Shown: one piece after another, positions 57,875 to 64,000 of the stretch | How the letters are laid out: every line of letters begins with the position of its first letter | Numbering within the stretch: the first letter of the stretch is position 1 | Source of the DNA: an uncultured delta proteobacterium | GTDB taxonomy: Bacteria > Myxococcota_A > UBA9160 > JAFDET01 | Length of the DNA stretch: 64,000 nt | NCBI GenBank assembly: GCA_947259215.1 | Contig: CAMYLJ010000008.1 | Span: 46,673-110,672, forward strand | Direction of reading: 5' to 3' | Program-made: the position numbers and the translations under genes | Notes under the pieces: model-generated | What the model saw: the letters and a program-made list of their open reading frames with translations, nothing else | What the model was told of the DNA's origin: nothing | Databases searched by the model: none

Positions 57875-59994
57875 GCGAGCGACCGGCGCTCCGGGCGCTG
57901 GCCGAGCGTGCGGGGATCCTCGACGGCTACCACTCCGCGCTCGATCGGAGCTGGGTCGCCACGGCAGACGCGACGCACGAGGCCTTGCTGGCGGCCATGG
58001 GCTTCGACGCCAGCTGGGAGGCAGCGGCGGGTCGCGCGCTGGCCGCGCTCGAGGCCGAGCGCGCGGCCGCGCGGCTCGAGCCCCTGCAGGTGGTGGTGGC
58101 GGGACGGCCCGAGGCGCGTCGGCTCGCGCTTCGGGGCGAGGATCGCGCCGCTCGCGTGGCCCTCACGATCGAGGCGGAGGAGGGGGCGGGCTTCGACGGT
58201 GAGGCGGACGTCGACGCCGCCGGCGAGGTCGAGCTGCCCGAGCTGGGACGAGGCCGCTACGCGATCACGGTCCGCCCGAGCGGGCCCGGCGGATCGCTGG
58301 AGCTGCGGCAGCAGCGCTACGTCGTCCCCGCCCATTGCACCACGGTGGAGGAGCGCCTGGGCGAGGGCGTGGCGTTCGGCATCTGGACCAACCTCTACAG
58401 CCTGCGCTCGGACGCCAACTGGGGCTTCGGCAACCTGGGCGACCTGGTTGCGCTCGCGCGCCGGGCAGGCTTCGAGGGCGCGGCCTTCGTGGGCCTGAAT
58501 CCGCTGCACGCGCTCCCGCCCGGGGCCGTCTGCCCGTACGTCCCCTCGAGCCGACTCTTCCGACACCCTCTCTACCTGGATCCCGAAGGCATCCCGGAGC
58601 TGGCCCGGTGTCCGGAGGCCCGCCGTCGGATCGAGAGCGACGCCTTCCGGGCCCGGCTGGCGCGCCTGCGGGCGTCCGAGCGGCTGGATGCCGGCGGCGT
58701 CGGCAAGGCGCTGGACGAGATCCTGGAGCCGCTCCACCGGGCGTTCGCCGCCGGTGTCTGCGGAGAGGAGCGGGCGCGCGCCTTCGGGCGTTTTCGCGCG
58801 GAGCAGGGCTCCGCGCTCGACGAGTTCGCGACGTTCGGGGCGCTGGCGGACCACTTCGCGGCCGAGGGCCGCGGGCGCGACTGGCGCGCCTGGCCCGAGG
58901 CCCTGCGGTCGCCCGCCGCGGGCGGGGTGCGCGCGTTCCGCGACGCGCACCCCGCGGCGGTGGAGCGCCACGCGTGGATCCAGTTCGAGCTCGATCGCCA
59001 GCTGGGGGAGGCGGCGCGCGAGGCCCGTGAGGCCGGCCTCGGCCTGGGCCTCTACACGGACCTGGCCCTCGGGAGCGATCCGGGCGGAAGCGACGCCTGG
59101 GCGTTCCCGGGGCTGCTGCTGCGGGGCGTGCGCGTCGGCGCGCCGCCGGACGCCTTCTCCCGCGAGGGCCAGGAGTGGGGATTTCCGCCGGCCGACCCGG
59201 CTGCCCTGCGCCGCGACGGCCATCGCTTCTGGCTGCGCCTGCTGCGGGCGGGCTTCCGGCACGCCGGCGCGCTGCGTCTCGACCACGCCATGAGCCTGAA
59301 CCGGCTCTTCTGGATTCCCGAGGGCCGCCCGCCCGCCGAGGGAGCGTACGTCCGCTACCCGGACGACGAGCTACTCGGGCTCGTCGCCCTCGAGAGCCGG
59401 CGCCACGGGGCGGTCGTGATCGGCGAAGACCTCGGCACCGTGCCCGAGGGCTTCGCCGAGCAGCTGGGCGAGCGCGGCATCCTGTCGTCGCGGGTGCTGC
59501 TCTTCGAACGGGACGGCGAGGCGTTCCGGTCGGCGGACCGCTACCCGCGGCGCTGCCTGGTGACGGCCAACACCCACGACCTGCCGCCGCTGGCGGCGCT
59601 GGTCGGGGAGGCGGATCTCGAGCTCCGCCGGCGCGCCGGGCAGCTCCCGGATGACGCGTCGCTCGAGCACGCGCGCGTCGAGCGGGCCAGAGAGCGCCGC
59701 GCCCTGGTGGAGCGGCTGCGCGCCGACGGCTGGCTCGACGCGGACGCGCCGAGCGAGGCCGAGCTGGCCGCGGCCGTGACCGCCTTCCTGTGCGCCACGC
59801 CTGCCGCGCTGGTCGGCCTCGCACTCGACGATCTGGCGGGCGAGCGCGAGCCCGTGAACCTCCCGGGCGTGCCCCCCGAGCGCCACGCGAGCTGGACCCG
59901 GCGCCTCCGCCTCTCGCTGGACGAGCTGTGGCGGAGCGCCACGGCGCGGGCTTGCTTGGGGGCGATTTCGGAGCGTCGGCGGCAACTCCGATGA
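57871..59994 (+). CDS. malQ: 4-alpha-glucanotransferase
   Basis: GAPPD, LRLDH, GEDLG, THD. Confidence 0.93.
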   Translation: MSERPALRALAERAGILDGYHSALDRSWVATADATHEALLAAMGFDASWEAAAGRALAALEAERAAARLEPLQVVVAGRPEARRLALRGEDRAARVALTIEAEEGAGFDGEADVDAAGEVELPELGRGRYAITVRPSGPGGSLELRQQRYVVPAHCTTVEERLGEGVAFGIWTNLYSLRSDANWGFGNLGDLVALARRAGFEGAAFVGLNPLHALPPGAVCPYVPSSRLFRHPLYLDPEGIPELARCPEARRRIESDAFRARLARLRASERLDAGGVGKALDEILEPLHRAFAAGVCGEERARAFGRFRAEQGSALDEFATFGALADHFAAEGRGRDWRAWPEALRSPAAGGVRAFRDAHPAAVERHAWIQFELDRQLGEAAREAREAGLGLGLYTDLALGSDPGGSDAWAFPGLLLRGVRVGAPPDAFSREGQEWGFPPADPAALRRDGHRFWLRLLRAGFRHAGALRLDHAMSLNRLFWIPEGRPPAEGAYVRYPDDELLGLVALESRRHGAVVIGEDLGTVPEGFAEQLGERGILSSRVLLFERDGEAFRSADRYPRRCLVTANTHDLPPLAALVGEADLELRRRAGQLPDDASLEHARVERARERRALVERLRADGWLDADAPSEAELAAAVTAFLCATPAALVGLALDDLAGEREPVNLPGVPPERHASWTRRLRLSLDELWRSATARACLGAISERRRQLR

Positions 59995-60024
59995 ACTTCG
60001 CTCGGCTGCGGAAAGAGAAGGATC

Positions 60025-60048
60025 GGAAGTCGGCTGAAGCCGACTTCC
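60025..60048. repeat. REP-like perfect hairpin
   Basis: GGAAGTCGGC-TGAA-GCCGACTTCC between convergent genes. Confidence 0.6.
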
Positions 60049-60157
60049 CAGCTTGCTTGGCGCTGTCGCTGAGACCGCTGCGCGCGGCGGCGGCCGCCGC
60101 TTGCGGCCTCGGCCTCCGTCGACGTGGCCAGCGCGGCGCGGCTAGGGGCGGTGTGGG

Positions 60158-61405
60158 TTACCCGGCCTCGTGGCCGAGCTCGACCCGGGGGAGGAGGACG
60201 CCCTGCGCCACGTTGGGCCAGGCGTAGCGGCGGGCGGTGGCCTGGCCGGCGCGGCGCAGGCGGCGCACCTCGTCCTCGCGGCCGCGTAGACGCCGGTAGA
60301 GGCTCATGAACTCGCGGGGCTCCCCCGTCTCCAGCACCAGGGCGTTCTGCCCGGGGACGGCGTAGTCCTCGCCCGAGCAGCCGGTGCAGGTGATGCCCCC
60401 GGCCGCCATGGCCTCGAGGCCGACCAGCCCGAAGGGCTCGTGCCCGCTGTTGGCCAGGACCGCATCGGTGGACCGGAAGAGCACCCGGCGGGCCTCGGGG
60501 TCCACGTGCGAGCGCAGGTTCACGATGTCCGCATCACCCACATCGCGCACCGCGGACATGAGGCCCTCCGCTCCCGGCTTCTCCCAGGCGCGGTCGACGA
60601 CCCGTAGGCCGAGCGCGTGTGCCTCGCGCAGCACGGCCTCGCCGTACTGCTCCGCGCCCCCGCGGGCCAGCAGCAGCGGGCGCCAGTTCTGCCGCTTCAT
60701 CTCCGCGACCATCCGCACGCTCTCGACCCAGCGCTTGTCCGGGTCCCAGCGCGCCATCTTGCTGACCACCGTGCGGTCGCGGAAGCGGCTGCGGAGCGCC
60801 GCCACCGCCCCTCGGGGCGGCACGTCGAACGCCTCGGCGCCCAGGCCGTTGGGGATGACGGAGGCCTCGACCCCCCACTCGCCCATCCGGTGCTTCATGT
60901 AGCGGCTCACGGTGGTGATCCGCGCGGCCGACGCCAGCTCGGGCCAGGGGATCTGATCGAAGCCGAAGGTGTTGTTGGCGTTCCAGAGCATCGTGACCCG
61001 CTCGCGGATGCCCCGGTAGCGCAGCAGCCAGTGGAGATGGAGGACGGCGTCCACCGTCTGCCACTCCTCCGCCATCACCACGGCGCGGCCGCCCTCCCGG
61101 ACGTGGGGCAGGATGGCCCTCTCGACCAGGTACGGCGGCAGGGAGGCGTTATACTCGGCCTTCTTGCCCAGCTCGCCGGCGTAGACGCGCTCCGGATGGT
61201 GCCGGCTCACCCACTGGCACCAGCGATGGAGGTGGAGCTGCCCGCGCTGCTCGCTGCCGGGCAGGTTGGGGTCGCCGAGGAACCAGAGGTGGGTCTCGTA
61301 GCCGAGCGAGACCAGGGTCTCGGCCAACCCGTCGACCCGGGTTGCCAGACCGCCGGCGCGCGAATAGCGGTCCGGCCCTTCGAAGGAGAGGATGTGGAAC
61401 TGCAC
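60158..61405 (-). CDS. GT4 glycosyltransferase, glycogen-synthase-like
   Basis: RAGGL near the N-terminus; EPFGLVGLEAM. Confidence 0.85.
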   Translation of the reverse strand: MQFHILSFEGPDRYSRAGGLATRVDGLAETLVSLGYETHLWFLGDPNLPGSEQRGQLHLHRWCQWVSRHHPERVYAGELGKKAEYNASLPPYLVERAILPHVREGGRAVVMAEEWQTVDAVLHLHWLLRYRGIRERVTMLWNANNTFGFDQIPWPELASAARITTVSRYMKHRMGEWGVEASVIPNGLGAEAFDVPPRGAVAALRSRFRDRTVVSKMARWDPDKRWVESVRMVAEMKRQNWRPLLLARGGAEQYGEAVLREAHALGLRVVDRAWEKPGAEGLMSAVRDVGDADIVNLRSHVDPEARRVLFRSTDAVLANSGHEPFGLVGLEAMAAGGITCTGCSGEDYAVPGQNALVLETGEPREFMSLYRRLRGREDEVRRLRRAGQATARRYAWPNVAQGVLLPRVELGHEAG

Positions 61406-61445
61406 GGGGGGTCCTTGAATGTGGCCGCGTACCGCGACCGTTTGA

Positions 61446-61461
61446 TTCAAGCTGCGTGCCG
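61446..61461 (-). promoter_or_regulatory. Sigma54-like promoter candidate
   Basis: Minus strand CGGCACGCAGCTTGAA (GGCACG-N4-TTGA) about 40 bp upstream of the GT4 start. Confidence 0.45.
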
Positions 61462-61763
61462 AACGTTCCCTGTCAAACGGGGTCTTCCCGTCGGTGGAGG
61501 CCGATCGGGAAGGGCGGCATCTTACGGCACATGGGGCCTTCGTGCGATGCTTTTTGCGACACGACGCCACTTTTTCACGCCCGGCCGCGACAGATCCTCT
61601 GCGACCCGCTGCGGGTCGGGGAACTTCGCCTCGGGCGAAACGCGTCAAGTGAGACAAGGGTGCTCGCCAGAAGCTTCCGTTGCCTATATGATCCGGCTCG
61701 GGGGGTGAGCGGGCGCCGGAGTGCGGCGTGTCGCTTACCTGACATTACGAGGCAAGCGAACAC

Positions 61764-63482
61764 GTGAGTCTACACGTCGCCTACCTGTCGATGGAGATCT
61801 GCCTGGAGCCCGAGTTCCCGACCTACTCGGGCGGGCTCGGCGTCCTGGCCGGCGACACGCTGCGCTCCGCGGCAGATCTGGCGCTCGACATGGTGGCCGT
61901 CACCCTGGTGCATCGGAGCGGCTACTTCCGCCAGGAGATCGGCCCGGACGGCGACCAGCACGCGCTGCCCGCCGAGTGGCGCCCCGAGAGCCACTTGGAG
62001 CTGCTGGAGCCCAGGGTCAAGGTCAGCGTGGCGGACACGCCGGTCACGCTGCGGGCCTGGCTGTGCCGCATCCGGGGCGCGAGCGGGCACGAAGTGCCGG
62101 TCTATCTGCTGGACACCGATCTGCCCGAAAACCCCCCCGATGTGCGGCGCTTCACCGACACCCTCTACGGCGGCGACGATCGCTACCGGCTCTGCCAGGA
62201 GATCGTGCTCGGGATCGGGGGCGTCCGGATGCTGCGGGCCCTGGGCCACGATGCCATCGACCGCTTCCACCTGAACGAGGGCCACGCGGCGCTGGCGGTG
62301 CTCGCGCTGCTGGAAGAAGAGATGGGGAGCCCGGACGGGCTCGACCTGGCGGCCGCCATCGACCGCGTCCGGCCGCGCTGCGTCTTCACCACCCACACCC
62401 CGGTGCCGGCGGGACACGATCGTTTCCCCAGCTCGCTGGCGGCGGAGCTCCTGGGCTCCGACGCCTGCGCGCGCCTGGGGCGGCTCGGGGTCGGCGGCGA
62501 GCTGAACATGACCTCCCTGGCGCTGGAGTCGGCGGGGTTCGTGAACGGTGTGGCGATGCGCCACGGGGAGGTCTCCCGGGACATGTTCCCGGGCTACCCG
62601 ATCCGCGCCATCACCAACGGGGTGCACGCGGCGAGCTGGACCTCGCCTCCGTTCCAGGCTCTCTTCGACCGCCACATTCCCGACTGGCGGCGCGACTCCA
62701 ACTGTCTGCGGGGGCTGATCGCCCTCGACCCGGACGAGATCGCCTACGCGCACGCCGAGGCGAAGCAGATGCTGCTCGACGCCGTCCGCAACACCACCGG
62801 CCGCACCTGGGACCCGAACCGGCTCACCCTGGGCTTCGCCCGCCGTGCCACCGCCTACAAGCGGCCCACCTTGATCCTGCGGGACCTGGATCGGCTGCGG
62901 CGGCTCGCCGCCCGGCGGGGTCCCATCCAGCTGGTCTTCGCCGGCAAGGCCCATCCCGACGACGAGGAGGGGCAGGATCTGATCCGCAGCATCACCCGGG
63001 AGTCGGGGGGCCGCGAGGACGACCTCGAGCTGGCCTTCCTCCCGGGCTACGACATGGAGCTCGGGCGCCTGATGGTGGCGGGCGTGGACGTGTGGCTCAA
63101 CACGCCCGTCCCGCCCCTCGAGGCGTCGGGCACCAGCGGCATGAAGGCGGCCCTGAACGGGGTGCCGAGCCTGAGCGTCATGGACGGCTGGTGGGTCGAG
63201 GGCTGCGTCGAGGGTGTGACGGGCTGGGCGATCGGCGAAGACGGCGACGGGCACCAGCTGGAGCCCGAGGAGCTCGACGACCTGCACGCCGACGAGCTGT
63301 ACGCGAAGCTCGAGAACGCGGTACTGCCCTGCTACTACGAGCAGCCGCAGCGGATGCGCGAGATGATGCGCTGTGCCATCGCGCTGAACGGCTCGTTCTT
63401 CAACACCCACCGCATGGTGCTCCAGTACCTCTTCGAGGCCTACCGGGACCCCGTCCCCGCCGGGGACGCCGGCACCGACTGA
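61764..63482 (+). CDS. glgP: Alpha-glucan phosphorylase (short form)
   Basis: YSGGLGVLAGD, HLNEGH, EASGTSGMK. Confidence 0.93.
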   Translation: MSLHVAYLSMEICLEPEFPTYSGGLGVLAGDTLRSAADLALDMVAVTLVHRSGYFRQEIGPDGDQHALPAEWRPESHLELLEPRVKVSVADTPVTLRAWLCRIRGASGHEVPVYLLDTDLPENPPDVRRFTDTLYGGDDRYRLCQEIVLGIGGVRMLRALGHDAIDRFHLNEGHAALAVLALLEEEMGSPDGLDLAAAIDRVRPRCVFTTHTPVPAGHDRFPSSLAAELLGSDACARLGRLGVGGELNMTSLALESAGFVNGVAMRHGEVSRDMFPGYPIRAITNGVHAASWTSPPFQALFDRHIPDWRRDSNCLRGLIALDPDEIAYAHAEAKQMLLDAVRNTTGRTWDPNRLTLGFARRATAYKRPTLILRDLDRLRRLAARRGPIQLVFAGKAHPDDEEGQDLIRSITRESGGREDDLELAFLPGYDMELGRLMVAGVDVWLNTPVPPLEASGTSGMKAALNGVPSLSVMDGWWVEGCVEGVTGWAIGEDGDGHQLEPEELDDLHADELYAKLENAVLPCYYEQPQRMREMMRCAIALNGSFFNTHRMVLQYLFEAYRDPVPAGDAGTD

Positions 63483-63526
63483 GCCCGGGGCCGCAGCAGA
63501 AGCTCCGGATCCAGTAGAGTGGGTCC

Positions 63527-64000
63527 ATGGCGGACTTCCTGGCCGACGGCCGGGTCGAGATCGACGCGAGCGATCCGGACCGCGGGCGCGCGGAGCTCTC
63601 CCCGAATTGGGCCGTGTGGGGGCCGAACGGCGGCTACCTGGCGTCGATCGCCCTGCGGGCCGCCATGATGCGCAGCCGGCTGCCGCGGCCCGCGAGCTTC
63701 CACTGCCACTTCCTGGCCGTGGGCGAGTTCGCGCCCGTGGAGCTGCGCCTCGCGTTCCTCGGCGGCGGCAAGCGCGCCGAGTCGCTGCGCGTGGACGTGG
63801 TGCAGGGGGAGCGCATGCTGCTCGCGTCCACGACCTGGATGGTGGACGACGGCCTGCGCGGCTACGAGCACGACGTCGGCGCGCCGCCCGCCGTGAAGCC
63901 CCCGGGCGAGCTCCAGGGCTACCAGGAGCTGGCGGACAACTACGACGAGTGGTTTCCCATCTGGCGCAGCATGGAGGGGCGCCCGACCCGCTGGAACCAG
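63527..64000 (+). CDS. Thioesterase family protein (TesB-like), partial
   Basis: Manual translation: WAVWGPNGGYLASIALRA...PASFHCHFL. Confidence 0.8.
   Translation, partial: MADFLADGRVEIDASDPDRGRAELSPNWAVWGPNGGYLASIALRAAMMRSRLPRPASFHCHFLAVGEFAPVELRLAFLGGGKRAESLRVDVVQGERMLLASTTWMVDDGLRGYEHDVGAPPAVKPPGELQGYQELADNYDEWFPIWRSMEGRPTRWNQ

Overview
High-GC bacterial chromosomal window; gene content and style suggest a Myxococcota-like organism (inference). About 55 CDS: 1-28 kb is lipid/xenobiotic-type metabolism (IOR, hydrolases, GST-sulfatase-DsbA-haloalkane dehalogenase operon, sulfotransferase/DUF1214) and 50.9-63.5 kb is an alpha-glucan cluster (glgP x2, glgX, glgB, malQ, an unusual GT4). The most striking structure is non-coding. 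An intact tRNA-Arg(UCU) (49590-49666, minus strand) is followed by three direct copies of its 3' half at 35722 (48/48 identical), 34371 (split in the T-loop by a ~61-bp hairpin insert) and 31333 (29/31). These delimit three tandem cargo segments with no intact integrase, only putative integrase-tail/arm-site relics. Just beyond them lie a decayed attC-like palindrome fronting a cassette-like lipoprotein gene and several short gene shards. Four genes carry internal deletions or frameshifts (real erosion or assembly error). Product calls come from recognised motifs only; no searches were run.
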